NCBI GenBank assembly: GCA_963665115.1
Contig: OY762007.1
Coordinates: 2,912,001 to 2,976,000, forward strand
Direction of reading: 5' to 3'
Source: an uncultured Rivularia sp.
GTDB lineage: Bacteria > Cyanobacteriota > Cyanobacteriia > Cyanobacteriales > Nostocaceae
DNA length: 64,000 nucleotides
The position numbers and the translations under genes were made by a program. A model generated the notes under the pieces. It saw nothing but the letters and a program-made list of their open reading frames with translations. It was not told the DNA's origin and did not search any database. Positions 53,285 through 62,543 of the stretch are shown one piece after another. The first letter of the stretch is position 1, and each line of letters starts with the position of its first letter.

Positions 53285-54421
53285 TCATCTTGCAATAGCC
53301 TCTTTGAGTAGAGACATTTCAAGATTTACGATTTGGTCTATGGCATAATGTTTAAGTACATACTGACGGGCATGGTGTCCTAACTGAGTTAGAAGTTCTG
53401 GGTGAGCCAATAGTTTCTCTATGGCAATGCGGATGTTATCAGCATCTGTATTACATAGCCAACCATTCTCTCCATCAGAAATTATTTCTTTAATTCCTGG
53501 GGAGTTGGCACCAATAACAGGTAGACCGCAGGACATCGCTTCAATTAGTGCTTTGGGATGACCTTCGTAGTGAGAAGGTAAAATAAACAAACGCGCCCGA
53601 TTCAGATATGTGGGTAGGTCGGCATTAGGTACGTTACCTTGCCATTGAACGCGATCGCCTAGATGAGAAAACTGTTTTTGCAGGGACTCCCCTAATTCTC
53701 CGTTGCCAATTAAAAGTAAGCGAGCATTCAAAGGTACAATTGCCTCTAGCAACGCTGCAACATTTTTTTGTGGTACTAAGCGTCCGACAAAAACAAGATC
53801 AAAATCCGGTTCGGTATTTGAGGGACGAAAGCGTTCTGTTTCTACATAGTTGGGAATTATAACTGTACGAGCAGCTGCGTCTGGAAGGCGTTGACCAATA
53901 GCTGCTGCCATCATCGGCGTAGTAACAACTACCCTTTGGGCAGCGTTGAACACTTCTGACTCTAAGATTTGAGCTTGATCGTGAGCAGGAGATTCTGTGC
54001 CATGCTTTTTAGCAACAAACTCTGACCACATATACCCACAGCGAGCAACTAAAGGTTTATGCCAAAATTTTGCCGAACGAAGGGCAATATCAGCACCGAG
54101 AGTTTGATTAGTTTTGAAGACATCACTGCCCCACAGCCAAGGGGCATGGAGCAAGTGCAACCAACGCTCGTAGCGACCGGGAGAGATATTCCAGTGGTTG
54201 CAGAGAATTTTGATCCCTGCAATGCGGGAAGCATAATGGTAATCGTTGCGATTGCCGTAGGTGACAAAACCTACTTGGACACCCTGTTGTTGCAGACGCT
54301 GATAAATAGCAACTTCTCGATCAAACATTCCTTGTTCGACCCAACTTTGTAAGGAAACTCCACGAGTGAAGAAAAGAGTAAGACGCATGGTTTTTCTATC
54401 GTTATGTTTTCTACTAATCAA
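53285..54421 (-). CDS. GT4 glycosyltransferase (start possibly 54388)
   Basis: VGRL..QKN, PSHYEGHPKALIEAMSCGLP. Confidence 0.9.
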   Translation of the reverse strand: MISRKHNDRKTMRLTLFFTRGVSLQSWVEQGMFDREVAIYQRLQQQGVQVGFVTYGNRNDYHYASRIAGIKILCNHWNISPGRYERWLHLLHAPWLWGSDVFKTNQTLGADIALRSAKFWHKPLVARCGYMWSEFVAKKHGTESPAHDQAQILESEVFNAAQRVVVTTPMMAAAIGQRLPDAAARTVIIPNYVETERFRPSNTEPDFDLVFVGRLVPQKNVAALLEAIVPLNARLLLIGNGELGESLQKQFSHLGDRVQWQGNVPNADLPTYLNRARLFILPSHYEGHPKALIEAMSCGLPVIGANSPGIKEIISDGENGWLCNTDADNIRIAIEKLLAHPELLTQLGHHARQYVLKHYAIDQIVNLEMSLLKEAIAR

Positions 54422-54459
54422 TTTTGCCTTGAAGAGTTTTGTCTAATCTTAAAAACTTC

Positions 54460-55626
54460 TTATTTTGCTTTGCAAAGTCTATCCGTGGCAAACTTAAGAA
54501 TACGTTCAGATCGACGCTCCCAAGTATGGTGTTGCACATCTTGGAATGCTTGATTAGCAAGTGCTTGATTAAGCTGAAAATCGTCAAGCAATCTTTTTAT
54601 TGCCTCCTCAAATGATGTAGCATTATCTGGTTCAGCTAAAAGTGCATTACTTCTATCTTGTAAAACCGCACTTATATTTGACAATGCCGAAGCTACAATA
54701 GGTCTGCGTGCAGCCATATACTCAAACAGCTTTAGAGGAGAAGTTGTCTCTGAATTATGGTGTTTTCTGCTATTTGGAAGCACCACAATATCACTTGCAT
54801 AAAGGTATGTAGGAACTTCAGACTGAGGTAAGTGCCCAATGACTTGCACGTTTGAAAGACCATTACTCTTACAGAATCGTCGCGCTTGTTCAACGTCACG
54901 CTCCCAACCTCCTACTAATATGAATTGGCAGTGAGGCATCATCTGAGCAACTTTGTAAAGAGTCGGTATACCTTTATAGTCGTATAAATGCCCAGTGTAT
55001 ACAATTATAGGACTATCTATAGGCAGTACTAATTTACGACGAGCTTCTTCCTTTGATTGATATGGAAGGAAACGTTGTAAATCAACACCATCTTGTTCAA
55101 CCATAACTTTTTCTGCTGATAAGCCACCTTCTATATATTCTTTAGCTAATTGCTGGGAGATAGTTACAATGCCTAAAAATTGATTGCTGCTATAAGCGGA
55201 TTGAGAAAAAAAACCTTTATTAACAGGTTCATGATATTCCCATAGAACTTTTAAGCCTAACTTTAATGCTATTTTTACTACTTTATCTGAGCGTGTATAA
55301 ACTATATCAGGGAACTTAAGTGCAGAATAGAAAGTAGCCCAGCGAGCAAACCGCTGATTGCGATAGTTTTGTGGAAAAGGATATACCGATTTTAAAAGTA
55401 AGGGCAATCGGGTAATTTTAAATTTATGATTTAGTCCATACCATTGCTGCAAATCAAAATTATTACCTCTTACAAAAGACCATAAATCACTAAGAGTAAC
55501 TAGTTCAAACTCATCAATCTTTTGAGCAAAAGCCTGGGACATCTTAGCAACTTGTATAGAGTTTGCTGCTTTAGAAGGTAAGTTACCTTCAGAAATGTAG
55601 ACTATTTTCAATGCCTCCTCCCTCAT
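54460..55626 (-). CDS. GT4 glycosyltransferase
   Basis: YTGHLY..KG, SPLKLFEYMAA.RPIV. Confidence 0.9.
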   Translation of the reverse strand: MREEALKIVYISEGNLPSKAANSIQVAKMSQAFAQKIDEFELVTLSDLWSFVRGNNFDLQQWYGLNHKFKITRLPLLLKSVYPFPQNYRNQRFARWATFYSALKFPDIVYTRSDKVVKIALKLGLKVLWEYHEPVNKGFFSQSAYSSNQFLGIVTISQQLAKEYIEGGLSAEKVMVEQDGVDLQRFLPYQSKEEARRKLVLPIDSPIIVYTGHLYDYKGIPTLYKVAQMMPHCQFILVGGWERDVEQARRFCKSNGLSNVQVIGHLPQSEVPTYLYASDIVVLPNSRKHHNSETTSPLKLFEYMAARRPIVASALSNISAVLQDRSNALLAEPDNATSFEEAIKRLLDDFQLNQALANQAFQDVQHHTWERRSERILKFATDRLCKAK

Positions 55627-55658
55627 AAATATTTCAAATCATTTGTTAATTGGAAAAA

Positions 55659-56321
55659 TTAAAATTTCCAGCGACTCCATATTTTTTTACTATTATGTTG
55701 TTGTAATGGTGAGCCAATCCATTTGCCAGCAACCTTTATAGGTTCGTATGACGGCATTTTGTTTTGCCATTTTACAGAGTCGCGTGCTGCAACAAAGAAT
55801 AAATAAACTGCTGCGTTGAAATCTTGGTTTGCTGCTTCATAAACTACTTCAAAACCTTGTTCTTGAAAAAGGTAACGAATACAAGTTGGTGTGAATCGCC
55901 AAAAATCTTCATAACCTTCGTTTTCGTGCTGAATTTGGCAAAAGGGTACTACAATAGTGACAATATCTTTAGATAATATACATAGATTTGCAAATGCAGT
56001 CTTAACATTATAAATATGTTCTAAAGTCGTATGATTAAATACGACATCAAATTTTTGCTGTAATTCTTGTGGAACTTCTCCTGTTAAGTCAATAAGATAT
56101 TCGTTTGGTCTACCTTGATAACCCCGAAAACTGCCTGGAGAGTAATTAGTCAAATAATAATTTGTTTTGTTTATAAAGTAAGACTCATAACAATTACCTT
56201 CTTTATCAACATCTTCTCCTGCTGAAACATTCACTATTTCTCCGCTAAGCAACGGTGCTATTTTGCGTAATTCTTTGTTCGACCACAAGCGTGCCAAACG
56301 AAATTTCCGGTCTAATTCCAT
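55659..56321 (-). CDS. Putative SAM-dependent methyltransferase
   Basis: FDVVFNHTTLEH, VPF...H, DFWRFTP. Confidence 0.65.
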   Translation of the reverse strand: MELDRKFRLARLWSNKELRKIAPLLSGEIVNVSAGEDVDKEGNCYESYFINKTNYYLTNYSPGSFRGYQGRPNEYLIDLTGEVPQELQQKFDVVFNHTTLEHIYNVKTAFANLCILSKDIVTIVVPFCQIQHENEGYEDFWRFTPTCIRYLFQEQGFEVVYEAANQDFNAAVYLFFVAARDSVKWQNKMPSYEPIKVAGKWIGSPLQQHNSKKIWSRWKF

Positions 56322-56350
56322 TTTTACTACCTATATTTTTTAATAGAAAA

Positions 56351-57680
56351 CTATTTACAGCGTTGCTCATGAGTTTGAATTAAATTCTCTTCGCTAATAA
56401 GCTGCCATACTCTTTGTTGATAAAATTTACATTCACTCATCTTGCTATCTGCATTCACTGTAAATCTAAATGATTCAAGAAAATCCAGAGTGCGTATAGC
56501 TCCTTCTTTTAATTTAATGTTCATTGTATATGAACCCGGTGCCAATCCAAGGAAAGGCATTTTAAGTCTTATTTCATGTTTACCTGGAGGCATTTCAAAT
56601 AGCTGGTTATCATTCGTACTACTCAAGAATAAAGTTGTGCCACCTTCACCCGTAGACTCTGTAATTTTTAGATGGATACAGATTTGATTGAATTTTTTGT
56701 GAGCTTTACAAGCTAAACATAAGTATACATTTTCTCCACTAATTAGAGATTTAAGGATTTTATTATTAAAATCTCGAAACGAAACTGAAGCTATATCCAC
56801 TCCTTCACTTTCGTTTATTTTTTTTTCAGGTAAATCAATTGACAGTAATGTAAAGTTATTATTTGCTTTTATTTCAAATAATTCTTGTTCATATAATGTC
56901 ATGACCTTGGTAGTTTCACCAGAGATTATTAATTTTCCTTTTGATAGATAAACTGAACTCTCACACATTTGTATTATTGATTGTGTGTTATGAGAAACTA
57001 GTATAAACGATACTCCTTTTTCTCTAAGTTCAGCTAATTTCCGATAACACCTAGCTCGAAACTTTATATCCCCTACCGCCAGCACTTCATCAATCAAAAG
57101 AATATCTGGCTCGGTATGAATCGCACTGGCAAATCCTAACCTTGCAGCCATCCCAGAACTATAACTTTGCACCGGCGAATCAATCGCATCGCCAATTTCT
57201 GCAAATTCTACAACTTCATCAAATCGTTCATCAATTTCCTTCTTTGATAAACCCAAAATTGACATATTTGCATAAATATTTTCCCGTCCTGTCAAAATTG
57301 GATTAAATCCTGCTCCTAATGCAATTAACGGAGCTACTCTACCGTTAACTTCGACAAAGCCAGTATCCGGTTTAATCAATCCAGCAATAACTCGTAGCAG
57401 AGTTGACTTCCCACTACCATTTTTACCAACTAACCCCAACGCTTCCCCTCGACGCAATTCAAAGCTGACATTATCTAACGCCCAAAATTCCTTGGGGTCG
57501 TAATTTATCACCTTTTTCCCGCAATCCTAACACTTCAGCGGCAATATCTTGAACGCCGTAAAATAAAGACTTCTTTAAATCCCGACAAAATCTTTTAGAA
57601 ACCCCATTTACTGAGAGAACAACTTCACTATCGTTATTCTGTGGCTGTTGTGAAATTTCTTCTTTATTGATGCTCACCAT
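56351..57680 (-). CDS. wzt: Wzt polysaccharide ABC transporter ATPase with C-terminal domain, +1 frameshift at 57494-57497
   Basis: Frames join as KLRP-KEFWALDNVSF; GKNGSGKST, YSSGM, IDEVLAVGD; C-terminal extension ending L.PG.Y. Confidence 0.88.
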
Positions 57681-57682
57681 AA

Positions 57683-58573
57683 TTATGAACTAATCCTCTC
57701 AACTACATAGGGCATTGACAAACGGTAGACAACCCAAGCTATTAATAATCCTGCAATTGCAATTAAACTTGCAATCCAAAATCCTTGAGGTTCAGAGATG
57801 ACACCAGTGGTTGCTAATTCCCGCGTTGTTACTAGTAAAGGTGTTACGGGATTAAGCTTAACTATGCTGCCAAATACTCCATCAGTTGGAACTGGGTAAA
57901 CAACTGGTGTGAGAAACAGCCAGAAGCTAGTTGCTAAGGTAATTCCTTTAGAAAAATCTTGATAAAGTCCGCTCATTGGAGCTAAAAACACTCCAATAGA
58001 AGTTCCTAGTATTATCAAGTGAATTAAAGCGACAGGGGCTAAAAACACGCTCCAAGTTACTGGTATTTGAAACCAGATAAACAAGGCGATAATCAAAACC
58101 AGCTTGATACTAAAGTTAAAAAAGACTTCTCCTAATTTGGCAAGAATCAAGGCTTCACGAGGAAAGCTAATCTTTGCTACCATTGCTTTGGCTGCTGCTA
58201 CCGCTTGAATCGGACCTTGGAGTGATTCAACAAAGGTTTGCCATAATGTCATGCTGAACATAACGTAGGCAGGATAAGGAATATCAGTATCACCGATATT
58301 TACAACACCACCGTTTTTAGCAAAAGTAAAGGTGGCTGCCAGAACTACCGCAGGGATAACTGCCCAGAAAAAGCCTAAAAATGACTGACGGTATTGAGCG
58401 CTAATATCTCTCACCATTAACCGCCAAGCGAGTTCTCTTGATGCCAGTAAGTCCCGCCACATATCTTTGACTAATTGTAGCGGTTTTCGCATTCGACTTT
58501 CAGGTCGATGCACTACCCTGGGAAAGGAACGCGCTATTTTATTTTGTTTAGAATTAGACGAGCGTTTATACAT
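57683..58573 (-). CDS. wzm: Wzm polysaccharide ABC transporter permease
   Basis: RD..AQYRQS.LG..W, FLTPVVYP, NP. Confidence 0.9.
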   Translation of the reverse strand: MYKRSSNSKQNKIARSFPRVVHRPESRMRKPLQLVKDMWRDLLASRELAWRLMVRDISAQYRQSFLGFFWAVIPAVVLAATFTFAKNGGVVNIGDTDIPYPAYVMFSMTLWQTFVESLQGPIQAVAAAKAMVAKISFPREALILAKLGEVFFNFSIKLVLIIALFIWFQIPVTWSVFLAPVALIHLIILGTSIGVFLAPMSGLYQDFSKGITLATSFWLFLTPVVYPVPTDGVFGSIVKLNPVTPLLVTTRELATTGVISEPQGFWIASLIAIAGLLIAWVVYRLSMPYVVERISS

Positions 58574-58968
58574 AAAAATAGAATTAATTACCTGATGTAT
58601 TTTCTCAACAAAATAAGCGGTTTAAATCGATCTATTCAACAAAATATATTAATTGTTATCTCCAGGTCAAATAGAATAAAAATCCATTAATGTATTGATA
58701 TGATTGATTTAACAATTAACAAATGGAATTACTTTACATTAATTTCCAATCAAATATTAGCTATCCGGATATTTACTTACATTTTGTGATTAACAAACAA
58801 CTAATTAAAATATGTAGATATTTACTAGAAGGATTAAATCTATCATTAGGAAATCAATAAAAATTCAATAAACTAGAAATAACTCATTAATTAAATTGCC
58901 AAGGTTCATTGCTATTCAACTCAATTAAGTTTAAACAAACAAGTACTTGGCAATACAAATAAAATACT

Positions 58969-59763
58969 TTATTCCAAATTACTCACAGAATTAGACACCG
59001 AATAATTAGTACTAATCAACTGCTTCATCGCCAACCACATAAATGGTGGAATAGTCTTTGTATATCTACCCCAAAGACGACGAGGTTCTTGCAACCATCG
59101 ATATAGCCATTCAAATCCAGACTCTCTGACTATGCGAGGTGCCCTTTTCTGAAGTCCTGCATAAACAGGGAAAGCCCCACCCAAGCCAATCATTACGGCA
59201 TGAATTTTATCTTTATGTTCGGACATCCACTTTTCTTGTTTTGGACAACCTAAAGACACAAACACTATACCTGCACCACTTTCATTAATTTTTTTAATCA
59301 ATGCTTCGTCTTCACTCTCAGTAAGCGGACGAAATGGGAGCGGTTCCATCGCTGCAATATTCAATTCAGGATATTCTTCCTTTAATTTGCTTCTCATTCC
59401 GGAAAGAATTTGTTTCTGAGAACCTAGAAAAAAGAGACTAACATTCTGCTTTGGCGCAGATTCACATACAGAAGCTAAAATATCCAGCCCTGCTACTCTA
59501 TCTTGAGAAGTAGCTCCTAACTTTTTCATCATCCAAACTAAGGGCATACCGTCTGGAGTCACAATATCGGCATCTTTTAATACAGCGGCAAACTCAGGGT
59601 TCCAGTGAGCTTCCATCAACATATGTACATTTGCTACACATACTGTCTTACTTTTACCTTCACTTGCCCACTGAAGAATAGTTTGTATTTGCTCGTTTAA
59701 ACGCAAAGCAGTAATCGGAAAATCTAGCACTTTCCGAGTCGGCATAGCAACTGCCTTCACCAT
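58969..59763 (-). CDS. WecB/TagA/CpsF-family glycosyltransferase (GT26)
   Basis: PDGMP, LGCPKQE, RAP, EW.YR..QEP.RL. Confidence 0.92.
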   Translation of the reverse strand: MVKAVAMPTRKVLDFPITALRLNEQIQTILQWASEGKSKTVCVANVHMLMEAHWNPEFAAVLKDADIVTPDGMPLVWMMKKLGATSQDRVAGLDILASVCESAPKQNVSLFFLGSQKQILSGMRSKLKEEYPELNIAAMEPLPFRPLTESEDEALIKKINESGAGIVFVSLGCPKQEKWMSEHKDKIHAVMIGLGGAFPVYAGLQKRAPRIVRESGFEWLYRWLQEPRRLWGRYTKTIPPFMWLAMKQLISTNYSVSNSVSNLE

Positions 59764-60169
59764 AGGGTCACTCCTTGTGTAACAACTAAAATAGCTAAGA
59801 ATATTCGACCAAACTAATATAGAAAAAGTGATGTTTTAACCCAGTCTTACTTGCTTAAAACTTAGTGAATGGTCGGCACTTGACACAGGTGGATGCAGTG
59901 GCTCTTAGTGTTAACTTTAGCTTCCCTGGTAATCATTGAATCATTTAACCTTACAGTATATTAATTTACTCGTAAAAAACAGCACTTTCAGTTATTTTGA
60001 GTAAACTTTATGTTAACTTTACAAACCTGATAAGTTAGATTCATAGAAGCATTATAATTGCAACAAATTATACTTATAAATACTAGTCAAAAATTTCACA
60101 AAAAGCACTAAGGATCTGAAAAACTAGATTAGATAATCGTATTATTGCTTGTTAGAGTTAATATTTTTT

Positions 60170-60481
60170 TTAAACATTAAAAGCAACTAATCTAATTATG
60201 CACGTGTATTGATTAACTACGTAAAATACTGAGCTTTTAAATAGCTGTATTAAATATACTTTATTTCTCATGAGATAAAAATTTGCAAAAAAAATGGGGA
60301 GAAGATTGATTGTTCTTCCCCCCTGTCTATTATTGTTACCGTTGTCTTGTTTATTGTCTCCTTTCAACCTTTTTCGTAACATTTGCTGCTGTTTCTTGAG
60401 TTGTCGTTTTCTCGCAGCACCGCCTTTACCTTTATCGTTTCTCCCTTGTCGGCGTGGAGACTCCCATCTTTTAAGTCGCAT
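60170..60481 (-). CDS. Small Lys/Arg-rich protein; candidate ArfA/BrfA-like ribosome rescue factor
   Basis: AAGGGA RBS and extended -10 upstream; basic N-terminal ~55 aa with KGKGG; internal terminator before the stop codon. Confidence 0.6.
   Translation of the reverse strand: MRLKRWESPRRQGRNDKGKGGAARKRQLKKQQQMLRKRLKGDNKQDNGNNNRQGGRTINLLPIFFANFYLMRNKVYLIQLFKSSVFYVVNQYTCIIRLVAFNV
60287..60323 (-). terminator. Intrinsic terminator inside the 60170-60481 ORF
   Basis: GGGGGGAAGA-N8-TCTTCTCCCC stem (10 bp, one G-U) followed by A and T8 on the minus strand. Confidence 0.85.
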
Positions 60482-60536
60482 GATTTAATTGTCCCTTGTA
60501 TTTGATTGATAGTATGTTTGCATCTTTATTATACAA

Positions 60537-60545
60537 AGTATAGCA
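60537..60545 (-). promoter_or_regulatory. Putative extended -10 element (TGcTATACT) for the small basic ORF
   Basis: 55 nt upstream of the ATG at 60481. Confidence 0.45.
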
Positions 60546-61321
60546 TAACAGAAAAATTCAGGTTAGAACTGATTCTTTAGTTAGATTGTTTTATAATTCT
60601 ATACAAGTTACAGCCTTCCTTATTGATAAGTAAAAATAATCTATACTAGCTATACTTAGTCATCAAGATTGCTAATTTTTAAGTTACCTTTTTACCTGAT
60701 ATCAATTAATTTTGATTATAATATCGATCGCTTCAGCCGCAAACGGATCGGATAGTAGTAGAACATCATAGTTGGGCTGAATAGCTTTAATCGGGCAATT
60801 GATATTTATTATAAGATGCCAATATCTACATGATTTTAGGAATGATTATAATAAATATCAAAAAGTGCAGTTACTTCATTCTGAGTTATCAAGAATAAAG
60901 TTAGTACAAGTATAGATACATTATTCTTTTCCAGTTTTCCGGAAATAAATGTATAACTTTTCAAGCAATATTATAAATTTATCTAATTTTATACATAAGC
61001 AAACGCAAGGATAAGTAATACCATTTCTTTATAAGGATGCGCTTAATTTAGCCCACGCAGGTGGGCTTTGTTCGAGTAGCCCTACTCTTCCAGAGTGAGG
61101 GCGATTTAGCGCAGCCTCATACAGAATTGGTATAAGGCATTCCAAGCAGCTACAATTTCTCCAAACTTATGCTGAACCTTGAACAAAAGCATGGTTCAGT
61201 CAGAAAGGAACATACATAGTGCGTGCGGTTTAGGTCTAAACTACGAGGAGATTACTGTAGGATTAATCGCAAATCCTCCTTATTTGTCGCAAATAATTTG
61301 TAGTAAACAAGATTAATCGGA

Positions 61322-61352
61322 AAAGCTTTCCTAAAAAAATCAGGAAAGCTTT
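61322..61352. terminator. Hairpin downstream of tRNA-Leu (probable terminator)
   Basis: AAAGCTTTCCT...AGGAAAGCTTT inverted repeat. Confidence 0.55.
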
Positions 61353-61391
61353 GAGTCTAATATTCTATTTCCAATTATCCTATGTTTCAGA

Positions 61392-61473
61392 TGGGCCGGG
61401 AGAGACTCGAACTCTCACACCTTGCGGCGGCAGATTTTGAGTCTGCTGCGTCTACCAATTCCGCCACCGGCCC
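61392..61473 (-). tRNA. tRNA-Leu (CAA)
   Basis: GGGCCGGTGGCGGAATTGGTAGACGCAGCAGACTCAAAATCTGCC...GTTCGAGTCTCTCCCGGCCCA cloverleaf with long variable arm. Confidence 0.95.
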
Positions 61474-62331
61474 TTGGGGTCAACTTCACCATTATACTCT
61501 ATTTCTTGGTTTTGCAACAATTTTTCATAATCTCTGGTACTTGCCCAACGGTCAATTTCTCTGGCACGCAATACTGGTACGGGATGCGTTAATTGTGCGG
61601 TTCTTGCAGTTTTAACCATTTCTCCCAGCTCGTTTTTACTTATATCGTCGTAAGCGCGGGCTTGTTCGATAAAGGCATCAAGGTTAAGTTGTGGAGCAAT
61701 AGTAGGTGAACCACCCGCTAATTTCATCAACACTGACATGACTACTTTAGGATCTTGGGTTGCTAACAAGGCAGCGCGATCGCAAGTAAATTCCGCGCAA
61801 CGAACCCATTCTAAAAGCTGTGCTTGAATTGCTTGTGCCAAAACTGCGCCAACGTTAGGTAAGGCTGTGGCAGCTAATATCAATATATTTACTGGAGTTA
61901 AATAAACGCTATGGTCGCATTTGAGGTGTCCTAACTCATGAGCAATGACTGCTTGAGTTTCTTCGGGTGTGAGCATATCAATTAAGGAAGTATGCAGCAC
62001 CACGAAAGGTTGCTTACCTCGCATAGCAAAGGTGTAAGCATTAGGAGCCGGATGTTGTTTTATGTAGAGTTGCGGAGGCTCAATATCAAGTATTTTGCAA
62101 GCTTCTAGCAATAGTTCGTGTAGATTCGGTAGTTGTTTATCACTTACCAAAACGCTAGAAGCGATATTTTCTACATAAAAAACTTGTTCTGCCAAGGGAC
62201 CCTAACAGATTCCGTACCATCATATCTAAACCTGGAATCTGCTTAAGCGCGGTTGTTGCCTCTTTATCGAGGGGATGGCGGAAATTATCCGCTTTAAGAC
62301 CGATTAGTGGGGATTTTGCAATTAAAGACAT
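61452..62331 (-). CDS. M48-family zinc metallopeptidase, +1 frameshift near 62196-62202
   Basis: FRHPLD, PNAY, AHELGH (HExxH), R.AE.TCDR, THP..VLR; frames join as NLLG-PLAEQVF. Confidence 0.88.
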
Positions 62332-62446
62332 GGGTTGTTGCAAGCTCTACAGAAAGGTAACTACGTTTCGGGGCTAATCAACAACCCCTCAAAAATAGTA
62401 TAACGACAACAAAGGCAGACGAGCCGTCCCGTCTACCCTACTTGTA

Positions 62447-62493
62447 GTTATGAGTTATGAGTTATGAGTTGTGAGTTGTGAGTTATGAGTTAT
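62447..62493. repeat. STRR-type (GAGTTAT/GAGTTGT)n
   Basis: About six tandem heptamers. Confidence 0.85.
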
Positions 62494-62543
62494 AAATTCA
62501 AAGCTCTTAACCTCCGCGTCATTATCAACGCGAACTTAACTAA

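Noticed and set aside
61382..61615. 77-aa plus-strand ORF
   Set aside because: Antisense translation of tRNA-Leu and the peptidase 3' end
6655..62343. Phase variation or programmed frameshifting as the explanation for split genes
   Set aside because: The runs are only 2-4 nt, too short for typical contingency loci, and the pattern affects unrelated genes; an assembly artefact is simpler, though unproven
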